Source: Paracoccaceae bacterium (GTDB lineage: Bacteria > Pseudomonadota > Alphaproteobacteria > Rhodobacterales > Rhodobacteraceae). From it: a DNA stretch of 64,000 bases. The stretch covers positions 18,838 through 82,837 of the forward strand of contig CBDCCF010000001.1 in NCBI GenBank assembly GCA_965214695.1, in the 5' to 3' direction. The translations under genes were made by a program, and so were the position numbers. How positions within the stretch are numbered: position 1 is the first letter of the stretch; the number at the start of each line of letters is the position of its first letter. The notes beneath the pieces were generated by a model, which was not told where the DNA came from, ran no database searches, and saw only the letters and a list, made by a program, of their open reading frames with translations. Positions 45,990 through 54,898 of the stretch are shown here, piece by piece.

Positions 45990-47759
45990 TTAAGGTTCCT
46001 GCGTTACAGATTCGTCTGTTTCGCCAGCCTGCTCTGCTCCTTCCTCCGTCTGCTCCCTTGGGTCGCGAGCATAGCCGAAGGCGACCAATAGGTTGCAGAC
46101 GGTTTTCGATCCGTGTTTATCGACCAACTTCACCACGCTCTCGATGTCCTGAGTGGTGATGAGTTTGCGCCGGGCTGCGCCCTTTGTACGTTCGTATACG
46201 CGCATGCTCTCGTCGTTGTAACTTTGCATAAACTCGGAGAGTATTTGGATGAAGTCATCCTCGTATTGGGCTTTACGCATCAAATCCTGTCCCAGACCGT
46301 AGCGGATATCAAATCGGCTTGTGCTTCGTCCTAAATAGAGAGGCACAAGCGTACTCATGCGGATGGCGTAGGCGATGTTACGGAAACCCTCATCCTCAAG
46401 TAAGGGTGCAAGTGCGGGGTTTGTCATTTTAAACAACCTCCTCAAGTATTTCTCGCTGAATGGTTTGACATAGAACCGGCTGCGGTCCAGAGCGCTCGTC
46501 AGGTAGCTGCTGTAACCCGCCAGAAACTCATAAAATGGAGCGAGGTAGTTGCCGGACAGAAAATCACGGTAAAGTTGGAGAAGGGCATAGCCTTCGCTGC
46601 GGTCCTCATCTATGTTGCGGATACGTTCTCTGTGTTCCTGCAGAATCGCCACATACTGGCGTGCGTCCTCAGACGTACGAATGCCCGGCATCCAGTCGGG
46701 CAGGCCCAGAAACGCCAGATTCATCATCGTGTAGGAGTTCGCGCTCAGGAGCTGGTAGGTGGCAACACCCATGCCGTTGACTACGTTGGAGATTCCACCA
46801 TCTCCAAAGATGTCCGGCTCGTCATCTTCGATGCTTTGTTCCAGCAGCGCCTCAGCATAGAGGAGAGAGGCCATGATATCCTGCTTCACCACACCCTCGT
46901 TCCAGAGACGGTCTCGGAAGCGCCGAAAAATCTGCTGATGTCGGGTTATCTCGATCTCATGGGGTGCAAGGATGTAGGTCTTACGCACGCCGGCGTTTAT
47001 CGTAGGCACAGCCGCTTCCCACAGGCCCACGGCCTTCAAAAACTCCAGCAGCCAGAATACATTCTCATTGCCCATTGTCAGCTTGTTGGCCTTGGCGCGG
47101 TTCTGACCTTTGCCCATGTGAGGGTTGAACAGTTGGGAGGCCGTAACCATGTGGCTAAAGCCACCCTTCCCAACTTCCTTCTTCCACCCTTCGGCTATCG
47201 CGTCCCAATCGGCCATGGGTGAAGAAAACAGTTCAAAAACCGTCCGCAGATTGAGGCCGGGAAACTGCGCGTTGGTACGCATCCACTGCTCGGACAGCTT
47301 GTTATGGATTGCCTGAGCCTGCATTCTGTAATCGCCTAAATAGGTGACGACTGTCCAATCAGGTGCTGGTTTGCTGTCTTCCAATGCCTGTTCGATCTCG
47401 TCGTTAGCCAGCTTTTCATTCCGCAGTTGCTTTCTAAGCGCCTGGTACCGGTTGAACTCTTCCCACGTTTCGTCCACGCTGCGGAAAGCGGGCACTGGGG
47501 CCAAATTATCCGGTATTTTGTTCTTTGCACTTACGACAAACCAAATCATTTGCCGTTCCCAACCGTCTGCCAGCCATTCTTCCCGCACCGGCGCGCCCGA
47601 ATCAATGAGAAAATAGCTCCCTCCATCTTTCAGGGTTACTTCCTCCTCTTGCAGATGGGGCTGCATATATTGGTGAAACAGAGTTGCCGCTCCGAACGCG
47701 AGCAGCGTATCGGTGAGCGTGCCAGTGGTTTTCGGCACATAGTAGAATTGCTGATACAT
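45990..47759 (-). CDS. Cas8-like large subunit (family unresolved)
   Basis: 589-aa ORF in the large-subunit position between cas3 and cas7. No HD or cyclase motif seen by eye. Confidence 0.62.
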   Translation of the reverse strand: MYQQFYYVPKTTGTLTDTLLAFGAATLFHQYMQPHLQEEEVTLKDGGSYFLIDSGAPVREEWLADGWERQMIWFVVSAKNKIPDNLAPVPAFRSVDETWEEFNRYQALRKQLRNEKLANDEIEQALEDSKPAPDWTVVTYLGDYRMQAQAIHNKLSEQWMRTNAQFPGLNLRTVFELFSSPMADWDAIAEGWKKEVGKGGFSHMVTASQLFNPHMGKGQNRAKANKLTMGNENVFWLLEFLKAVGLWEAAVPTINAGVRKTYILAPHEIEITRHQQIFRRFRDRLWNEGVVKQDIMASLLYAEALLEQSIEDDEPDIFGDGGISNVVNGMGVATYQLLSANSYTMMNLAFLGLPDWMPGIRTSEDARQYVAILQEHRERIRNIDEDRSEGYALLQLYRDFLSGNYLAPFYEFLAGYSSYLTSALDRSRFYVKPFSEKYLRRLFKMTNPALAPLLEDEGFRNIAYAIRMSTLVPLYLGRSTSRFDIRYGLGQDLMRKAQYEDDFIQILSEFMQSYNDESMRVYERTKGAARRKLITTQDIESVVKLVDKHGSKTVCNLLVAFGYARDPREQTEEGAEQAGETDESVTQEP

Positions 47760-48070
47760 CAGGCCTCCTCGACGGGATCAAAAAGATCAAGTTGTACATG
47801 CTGCGACTCGCCCATATACTGTCCAGATTGAAACTGAACACTATTTACACCGAAAAGCACCCGACATAATTCGTAAAGAGACTTCAAGTCACAGATTGGC
47901 AGTTCCCACATACCGATCTGTTTATGCCATTGCATGTGTGGGAATCGTTCTCTGAAGAACCGAAGATATCGAAAGAAGAGCACTTGGGATGAAACGTTGT
48001 CAAGGCGAAAATAGACATGGCGGGATGAAACAGCTAAAGTTATCTGTGGAATTTTGACTATTGTATTCAT
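47759..48070 (-). CDS. 103-aa hypothetical protein translationally coupled to the large-subunit gene
   Basis: GGAG RBS 6-10 nt upstream of the ATG at 48070. Its stop TGA overlaps the cas8-like ATG (ATGA at 47757-47761). The sequence is AT-richer than its neighbours. Confidence 0.55.
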   Translation of the reverse strand: MNTIVKIPQITLAVSSRHVYFRLDNVSSQVLFFRYLRFFRERFPHMQWHKQIGMWELPICDLKSLYELCRVLFGVNSVQFQSGQYMGESQHVQLDLFDPVEEA

Positions 48071-48274
48071 TCTCTCTCCATACGTCCTGCTTAAGTATAG
48101 TATACGCATATACTAGGGTATGTAAAGAGGCTATCACAGCGCGCCAGATATGCCAAAATGGGAAGAACTTCGATTTAAAACGCACACTTTTCTACGACTC
48201 CCAAGTGAGTACTGAAAGTAGAATATGCGAATACACCCCGACAACGATCCGAAAGAGTGGATACTTCGTCGGGA

Positions 48275-50731
48275 TCACTCCCTCTCCTGAGACAACCCGT
48301 CGCACAGACGCAGAATCCTCACCACATACAGATATAACAGCAGCGATCTGAAATGTCCCGGCTTGATCAGGGATCTGTGCAGCCTGCTGCCTCGGCCAGA
48401 ACTCTTCAACAGCGGCTGCTCTGGCGTCGGCAACTGCGCAGCTCGCAACCCCTGTACCAGAGCTTTACTTGCTTCCGGATGCAGGTCATATTCGGCGTAA
48501 CTCACTGTGCCGGTACTGTGATGGCGAGCGATGGCCGTCAGAACGGCTTGGACCAGAGATTTCTGTTGTCGCCCGATGTGATTTGCTACGATCTGCGCGA
48601 CGGCAACAGCGCTTTCTCCGGCGTGATTCGGGCGCGTTTCCTGTCTGTCAGTGCCTTTCCTGGCCTCTTGATGGGTCTTATTGCCGGGATCGGAGTCGGT
48701 ATGGACTGCCATATAGCTGAGATCGCAGATGGGTGCGCCAATCTTCTCCTGGTAGAGGCGCACCCAGCGTTGCCAGCGTCGATCCAGCTTGCCCAGATCA
48801 TGGCAGGCAATCGCGAGCCGGATCGCCTGGTCGAGCCCATCGACAGGCAGATTCCACAACTCAGTCAGTTTCCGCTGTATATAACTGTAATCATCCTTGA
48901 ACCGATGCTCGTATACGTTCACCACCCGCTCAATGTGCTCGCTGTAGCTTTCCAACTGGTAGCTGTACCCACCGAATCTGTTGCCCCGAAAATCCTCCCC
49001 TTGTTTCGAAACATAGCCGGTGTGTTCACCGGGTGCCTGAATGCGGAACCCCAGTTCTTCATCGTAGGCGCAAAAGGTGCTGTTAATGACAACAACCTTT
49101 GTGCTACTGATCATGCTGGAATCAAGAATGGGATGCCAAGCGTATCGTTCTTCTTGCGTGGCGTCTTCAATATCGGTCTGGCTGGACGACGGAAACTGCA
49201 TGGTCCAAGGTCGATCCTCAAATTCCCCGAGTTCAAGCCTATCAGCCATCTCCTCCAGATTGCGCCAGATAGCGTATACACTGCCCCGGAACAGACTGAA
49301 TCCTTGGGCGGAGAAGGGATTGCCGAGTTTCTCGGGGCAGTTTGCTGCCAGCACAGTGATGCTATCGATGCTGCGAATCAGGTTTCGCCGGTGGCTGGGG
49401 TCGTGCGCCTCCATTGCGTTGTAGATGTCTCGCCAGATAAGGCTCTGCTGTAGGTCCATAGCAGTTAGCAGGTCGCGGTCAGTGTCGGTGTGGACCTCAT
49501 CAATGATTGCCTGTTCGTCCTCGAAATCGAGCTTCTGGTCGGCTCTTCTGCAAAGCCTCTGCCAGGAGGTAGTGCAAAGAGCAGAAGGATAGGGCAGATA
49601 GTCGAGATTCTCCTCTCCCCGAGAATCCCGTGTCGGTACTTGATAAATGTGAACGTGCCCTACTTCGCCGGGGTACCGGGCGCAGCGGCCGGCCCGTTGG
49701 AAGATGGCATTGGCCGGCGCTATCTCGGTGTGCAGACGGTCGCAGGTGATGTCCAGCCCTACTTCCACAACCTGAGTCGCCACAAGAATCAGACTGTTAA
49801 TCGTTCGGTCCTGGGCCTCTTTTCCAAATTCGCGCCGGATCTCTTTCTCTTTCTGACTTCGATGTTCAGGGGTGAAACGGCTGTGGAGCAGGCGGATATC
49901 CGTACCCTTGCGCTTGGCATGATCACGAAGCTCCTCATAGAGCTTCTGCGCACGCCCTACCTGATTGCAGACGACGATGGAGCGGGTCACATCGCCCGTC
50001 CCATGGGCATCCAGGACAGCGTCGGCGCTAACGTTCTCTTCAGTAATATGGTAGTAGCGACGGCGCGCCTGCTTGCCCTCACCCGAGGCAATCTTCAGGT
50101 ACTCCTCTTTGTCAACCGTTACCACTTCAGCGCCGAGCCGTTGTGCCAATTCACCTAACATTGTGTTGGAGAATGTCGCTGTCATGAGTACGAAAGGGAT
50201 GAGCCCCCGCAATTCGGCTAGCAGCTGCAGTGTCGTTACCAGGGCGCCGGATGCATTGCCCCCATCACCGGTCGGAAAGAGGTGAAACTCGTCAAAAATG
50301 AGATAGGATGAAAAAAAGGCGCCCGCGTTCAGATTGGCCCTTCTGGCCGAGAGGGAATAGGGCACAGCCAGCGCGCTGCTGAGACTCTGATCGACAGTAG
50401 CAAAGATCAGATTGCCCAGCAGCTGGGGATCATCGGGGTGCTCGCCGGTCTGGATCTTGACGCGCAACCCCTGCTCAGGACGAAAGCGACGATCATAGCT
50501 TTCCGCAAGTCTGAGATACTCTTCATTGAATTGATTCGCCAGCACGCGCATTGGCACAGAGTAGATACATTTTCGCGGAAGCTGGTCCGGCTCGTCTGAA
50601 AAATACGATTCGATGTAAGGCGCAAGCGCGGCCCGTGTCTTGCCGGCTCCGGTTGGTGCCTGCAAGACGACTGATTTGCCTTGCTGAACGAACGATCTCA
50701 CACGTTGCTGGTAAGGGTACAGAGAAATCAT
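48275..50731 (-). CDS. cas3: Cas3 helicase with a C-terminal HD nuclease domain
   Basis: N-terminal SF2 motifs (QAPTGAGKT, LIFDEFH, QRAGRCAR). HD-type motifs only near the C-terminus (YSEHIE, IACHDLGKLD, HAGES, IARHHS). Confidence 0.9.
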   Translation of the reverse strand: MISLYPYQQRVRSFVQQGKSVVLQAPTGAGKTRAALAPYIESYFSDEPDQLPRKCIYSVPMRVLANQFNEEYLRLAESYDRRFRPEQGLRVKIQTGEHPDDPQLLGNLIFATVDQSLSSALAVPYSLSARRANLNAGAFFSSYLIFDEFHLFPTGDGGNASGALVTTLQLLAELRGLIPFVLMTATFSNTMLGELAQRLGAEVVTVDKEEYLKIASGEGKQARRRYYHITEENVSADAVLDAHGTGDVTRSIVVCNQVGRAQKLYEELRDHAKRKGTDIRLLHSRFTPEHRSQKEKEIRREFGKEAQDRTINSLILVATQVVEVGLDITCDRLHTEIAPANAIFQRAGRCARYPGEVGHVHIYQVPTRDSRGEENLDYLPYPSALCTTSWQRLCRRADQKLDFEDEQAIIDEVHTDTDRDLLTAMDLQQSLIWRDIYNAMEAHDPSHRRNLIRSIDSITVLAANCPEKLGNPFSAQGFSLFRGSVYAIWRNLEEMADRLELGEFEDRPWTMQFPSSSQTDIEDATQEERYAWHPILDSSMISSTKVVVINSTFCAYDEELGFRIQAPGEHTGYVSKQGEDFRGNRFGGYSYQLESYSEHIERVVNVYEHRFKDDYSYIQRKLTELWNLPVDGLDQAIRLAIACHDLGKLDRRWQRWVRLYQEKIGAPICDLSYMAVHTDSDPGNKTHQEARKGTDRQETRPNHAGESAVAVAQIVANHIGRQQKSLVQAVLTAIARHHSTGTVSYAEYDLHPEASKALVQGLRAAQLPTPEQPLLKSSGRGSRLHRSLIKPGHFRSLLLYLYVVRILRLCDGLSQERE

Positions 50732-51771
50732 GGTCCTCCGAAAAAGTCATCAATTGTGGTCTGGTGGGGTTCCGGTGATGTAGAAACATGCCACTCATAC
50801 TGCTCCGCCATCGCCTTCGCTTCCCCCATCAACGTCTCTCGCAACTCAACCGGCTCCAGCACCTCGCAGTCCGCGCCCCAACCGCGAATCCAGGGTAGCA
50901 TCTCCTTGGGTTCGGCGATTTCAGCCTGCCATAGGAGATAGCCGTCCGTTTGCAGCTCCGTTTCCTCTCCTCGCTGCCACGTGCTTTCCTGTACTCTCTG
51001 GGCGACTCGGGGATGAAAGCGCAGAACGACCTCCTGCGGCTCGGCCTCCGTGTACCAGATGCCCCAGGCGTGGCGTAGCAGTTCTGCCGGATCGAATGTG
51101 GCGGGTAACTCATATTCCTCACGCAGGATTTCAGCCGAGCGCAGTCTTTCGACCTTGAAGGTGCGGACCTTGCCGGGCGGTTCGCGCAAACCAAGCACGT
51201 GCGCGGTCTGGCCGACTGCATAGGGTTCGATGAAGTAGGGAGAGAATGTGTAGTCGAAAACGCGTCCATCTCCCATCTGGTGGGACACCCTTACCTTACG
51301 GCCGCTGGCCCAGGCTTTGGTCAGGGTTTCCAGCACTTCGAGGTAGACGGGGTCCCGATAGGAAGCGTCCTCGTCCATCACATCCGCAGACCGCAGCAGG
51401 TGACGGCTGACGTTTTCGTCCAGCCGCTGCAGCGCCATTCCCAGTTTGCGCAGCGCTGAGGCCGCATGGGGATTCTGTTTGTCCGTACGCGTAGCAAGCA
51501 GACGGGTAGCGAGATGGATGGCCATAACCTCGTGCAGGTTAAACGAGGCCTTTGTAAGTTCGGCGGCCCGATCGATTTTCAGTTTGTTGCCGTCCAAGTG
51601 GTCTTCATAGATGCTGGGCGGCAGGTCGTTCTGATCGAAATATTTGGTGATTACCGAGCGGTTAACGCTGATGCGGCGCGCGATTTCGGTGCGCGACAAT
51701 CCTTCAGGATGACTCCAAAGCAGTTTTTCGATCTGGTGGATACGGGCGGCCTTGCCTTCGGCTCGTTTCAT
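50728..51771 (-). CDS. HTH-WYL-domain transcriptional regulator
   Basis: N-terminal wHTH (LSRTEIARRISVNRSVITKYF). WYL-like core (VRVSHQMGDGRVFDYTFSPYFIEPYAVGQTAHVLGL). Its stop overlaps the cas3 ATG by 4 nt. Confidence 0.85.
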   Translation of the reverse strand: MKRAEGKAARIHQIEKLLWSHPEGLSRTEIARRISVNRSVITKYFDQNDLPPSIYEDHLDGNKLKIDRAAELTKASFNLHEVMAIHLATRLLATRTDKQNPHAASALRKLGMALQRLDENVSRHLLRSADVMDEDASYRDPVYLEVLETLTKAWASGRKVRVSHQMGDGRVFDYTFSPYFIEPYAVGQTAHVLGLREPPGKVRTFKVERLRSAEILREEYELPATFDPAELLRHAWGIWYTEAEPQEVVLRFHPRVAQRVQESTWQRGEETELQTDGYLLWQAEIAEPKEMLPWIRGWGADCEVLEPVELRETLMGEAKAMAEQYEWHVSTSPEPHQTTIDDFFGGP

Positions 51772-52089
51772 CGCATCACCTTCTGACAGTCTTGTTGTCG
51801 TTTATCGGCTATAGCACAGAGTGTATCTGGATATGTGCATTGTCAAGTCCTGCAGGCTCTCTGTTGGCATCGCTCTGACAGCCGATGATCACAGTTTAGG
51901 TGACAGTTGTTTCCAGTACGGCAACAAAAAGCAGGAAAGTTTTCCAAATTCAGTCGAAGAGTGCGTGCAAAGTTCTCCAAGCGCCTTTCCTGTCAACAAG
52001 TTTCCGCACTTTCATTGGAATTGTGGTTCAGGTCTAGGGGCCAAGCATAGTTGGGAGTAGAAACAGGAAGTGAGAATAAACGAGTAGGA

Positions 52090-52583
52090 TTACGGACCGC
52101 TGCCGGCGCCGGTTGAGGACGACTTGGCGAAGGGGATTTTGGCGGCGATCGACATGGACAGCTACCGGGTGGAGAAGCAGGCGTGCGGGCGATCCAGCTG
52201 GCGGACGAGGATGCTGAGATCGGGCCGGCGGCGGACACAGGCCGGAAGCGGAGATGGAGTGGTTGTCCCACATTCTGAGGGAGTTCAACGACCGTTTCGG
52301 CAATATCGCGTGGCAGCACCAGGACAAGATCGGGAAGATCATCACCGAGGAGCTGCCGGCGATGGTGGCCGAGGACAGGGCGTATCAGAATGCGAAGGTC
52401 AACTCCGACAGGCAGAACGCGCGCATCGAGCATGACAGGGCGCTGGAGCGGGCGATGACGGGGCTGCTCGCGGACCATACGGAGCTGTTCAAACAGTTCA
52501 GCGACAACGGGTCGTTCCGGCGCTGGTTGCTGGAGAGTTCGTTCAGGGCTACGTATGATCGGGTTGCGGGGGCGGGTGGCTGA
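52090..52583 (+). pseudogene. hsdR: type I restriction enzyme R subunit (hsdR) C-terminal remnant with at least 2 frameshifts
   Basis: Three frames carry consecutive HsdR C-terminal blocks. These are PVEDDLAKGILAAIDMDSYRVEKQA, then VRAIQLADEDAEIGPAADTG, then LSHILREFNDRFGNIAW...YQNAKVNSDRQNARIEHDRALERAMTGLLADHTELFKQFSDNGSFRRWL. There is no N-terminal helicase part. Confidence 0.6.
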
Positions 52584-52861
52584 CGGGGATGGCAATCGTG
52601 CAGGTGTGGCATGTATTCGCATATTGAGATATGTGCATATGGGTATTGCTGCGGACAGGGGTGCGGGCCCGACAGATTGCTTTCAGACACAGCCGGTTCA
52701 CTTCTTTGATTTTCACAGCTCTCAGACAGCTGATGACGAGGGGTTTGTGCTTTTATGGCGGCAGATCACCCGTTGACGATCAGAGCTAGCCGCATCCGTC
52801 CGGATTCCTCTTATTCTTCCCATTTTGTGATCCAAACATCAGGACCCACCATATTTGAAGG

Positions 52862-52951
52862 GATTGTGCGGTTATAGATCGCTATGACACGAACAAGCCC
52901 TACGTGTTTACGCTTGATCCGGGTCACACGGTGCGCTATATCAGCTGGTAG
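52862..52951 (+). pseudogene. decayed copy of a small ORF family (pairs with 53443-53709)
   Basis: The frame reads DCAVIDRYDTNKPYVFTLDPGHTVRYISW*. It has no start codon and a stop lies immediately upstream. Confidence 0.4.
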
Positions 52952-53365
52952 GGAATGCATTGCAGACGACGTGAGAGAGAGAGGTCTGTCTATGGGTGTG
53001 GGCAGGCAGTTCTTAATTTTGCCGTTGTACCCGGTTCTGTCAGGCAGGTTGCTGCGAAGGGGGGAGGGCACTCACAAGGGGTACTCTGTAAAATTTTTGT
53101 GTAGCCATCAAAAGTTCAAAATAATCCTTCTCAAAACATTATGACAAATAGCAGTCCTTTTGGCGACGGGCCTGGAGGAGAAACGGGGCCAAGATCCACG
53201 TGATCCTGGCCCCGTTGCGCGTCTGTTGTTGGGGCGGTGATGTGAAGAGCGGTGCAGGCGCTGAAGCAATGCGCCGATGGCGAGGTCCTGTACGGCGGTG
53301 GCGGCTTCTGTCCGGCCCAGGGGATGATTGCGCTAATGGAGGCAATTTTGTGTGGAATTTGAATA

Positions 53366-53383
53366 TTGACACGATATTGGTAT
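53366..53383 (+). promoter_or_regulatory. pho-box-like direct repeat (7+4+7), copy 1
   Basis: TTGACAC-GATA-TTGGTAT, inside an approximately 80-bp block (53362-53440) duplicated at 57390-57470. Confidence 0.45.
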
Positions 53384-53442
53384 AAGAAAAAAGGTCAATT
53401 TCCATAAAAACCACATATTACTCGTGTATTCTATAGAGACAG

Positions 53443-53709
53443 ATGGCTGGGGATGTCGCCTGCTTGGAATTCCATTACCTCATTGTCGTTTCGATCAGGA
53501 AAATGGTGTCTGACTTTCCATTCGGCGATGCACCGGCCGAAGTGGAGTTCTCCCTCGGCCTCAACAGCGGAACCGGCCAGGAGGTGGTCGTCGATTAACT
53601 CACCTACAGGCGCCTGCTACGGGTCTCGGCGTTCTATGCTGATGCGGCGGACAAACCCTACATTTTCACCGTCGATGGGGAAGGGTGTGCAAGGTACGCG
53701 GCCTGGTAG
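53443..53709 (+). pseudogene. small ORF with an in-frame TAA; the C-terminal part is conserved with 52862-52951
   Basis: MAGDVACLEFHYLIVVSIRKMVSDFPFGDAPAEVEFSLGLNSGTGQEVVVD*LTYRRLLRVSAFYADAADKPYIFTVDGEGCARYAAW*. The TAA is at 53596-53598. Confidence 0.4.
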
Positions 53710-53714
53710 ACGAT

Positions 53715-53780
53715 CCCGGCCAGCCTTCTGTGCGTCTTCGGGCGTCAACTCGGAGCGATCCACCAAGTCAGCACACCGGG
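53715..53780 (+). repeat. 66-bp direct repeat, copy 1
   Basis: CCGGCCAGCCTTCTGTGCGTCTTCGGGCGTCAACTCGGAGCGATCCACCAAGTCAGCACACCGGG. The same sequence with about 5 mismatches lies at 54788-54855. Confidence 0.8.
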
Positions 53781-53980
53781 AACGGGAGGCGGCCGGGTTA
53801 AGGGATGGATGTGGAAAGGAGGTTACAAGTTTTGTCCATATTTTGGTGAAGAATCCCCCAGGCAAGAAGGGGGTATAGTAGGTTGCCTTTTTTGGGTGGT
53901 GATTGCGGAGCTGTTTGGGCTCGGAGGCTGCTGCGCGTTTTGGTCATTCATTCATCATAGACCCTAAAGGATTCCACCTC

Positions 53981-54199
53981 ATGACTACCAAGACTCGGAA
54001 CGTCGTAATCATTATCGCTCTTGTGCTCGTCATATTTTCCCTTATTCTCAGTACTTTTGCCTTACACCTGCCTTCAGAATTTACTTTTTCTTCAAGACGT
54101 CTTTCTGTGCAGAGGGGAACGAAGAGAGACGCGTCATCCGGCTTGCTGGACGCATCGAGCAGCTGGGATCTATCTGGGGAGGGCCAGGATCTGAGCTAG
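53981..54199 (+). CDS. small single-TM protein
   Basis: MTTKTRNVVIIIALVLVIFSLILSTFAL... The call rests on the ORF and hydrophobic helix only. Confidence 0.3.
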   Translation: MTTKTRNVVIIIALVLVIFSLILSTFALHLPSEFTFSSRRLSVQRGTKRDASSGLLDASSSWDLSGEGQDLS

Positions 54200-54312
54200 C
54201 TGGCAAGCTTGGCCCCATTGTCCGGTGGGGCGTTCTGCAGGTCAGGGCAGGCGTCTTGGCTGGAAGGATGAGCGGAACGATCACGTAAGAGTCCTTTATT
54301 GGTGGGGATGTC

Positions 54313-54759
54313 ATGATCCCGGAGGTTACCGTCAGGACTCTTGTCATCGAATCGGGATGGATCTTCCCGGACAGCGAACTGACCAACAACCGAGAGGAGA
54401 CGATCATGCTTCCCATCGAATTGAATGCAGCAGCAAGGAGCGGTTCGGAATTCGCAGATCGCATAATGCTTAATCTGGCGCTCCATGCCATAGCGCAACG
54501 GCATTCCCTGGAGGAGTTCAAGTCATGCATTCGCGTTTGCGCCGACAACGCTGCTGTGTTTCCCGATGAAGTGAGTCTTCACTGGCCTGAAATGCCGGGA
54601 TACAGTCCACGCCATCACGATTTGTTCCGCAGGGCATTCCTTGCATCTTTTGAATATCTTACATCGAACATCATGGATTTCGGGGAAGGGTCGCAGGACC
54701 CGGATCATGAACAGCTTACCCGCATTTTGAGGAAGAGTGGTTTTCATGTGGGGGGGTGA
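54313..54759 (+). CDS. hypothetical 148-aa protein
   Basis: The plus-strand ORF has more protein-like composition than the overlapping minus ORF 54081-54548. No motif recognised. Confidence 0.4.
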   Translation: MIPEVTVRTLVIESGWIFPDSELTNNREETIMLPIELNAAARSGSEFADRIMLNLALHAIAQRHSLEEFKSCIRVCADNAAVFPDEVSLHWPEMPGYSPRHHDLFRRAFLASFEYLTSNIMDFGEGSQDPDHEQLTRILRKSGFHVGG

Positions 54760-54787
54760 GATGTGGGATTCCAACTGAGCCAACCGC

Positions 54788-54855
54788 CCCGGGCCAGCCT
54801 TCTGTGCGTCTTCGGGTGTCAACTCGGAGCGATCCACCAGGTCAGCAGACCGGGG
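54788..54855 (+). repeat. 66-bp direct repeat, copy 2, followed by a CACAAGG hairpin
   Basis: See 53715-53780. GGGCACCCACAAGGGGTGCCCCTAC follows at 54863-54887. Confidence 0.8.
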
Positions 54856-54898
54856 GTGGAGGGCACCCACAAGGGGTGCCCCTACGGGGTGCGTCAGA

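Noticed and set aside
48353-49453. 366-aa plus-strand ORF (also 49490-50158)
   Set aside because: It is antisense to cas3, whose helicase and HD motifs are unambiguous.
51827-52640. Shared 11-mer GATATGTGCAT on both sides of the hsdR remnant, as a possible insertion signature
   Set aside because: A single short match in AT-rich DNA is not distinguishable from chance by eye.
54081-54548. 155-aa minus-strand ORF
   Set aside because: It competes with the plus ORF 54313-54759, which has a more protein-like composition. Neither is strongly supported, and only the plus one is listed, at low confidence.
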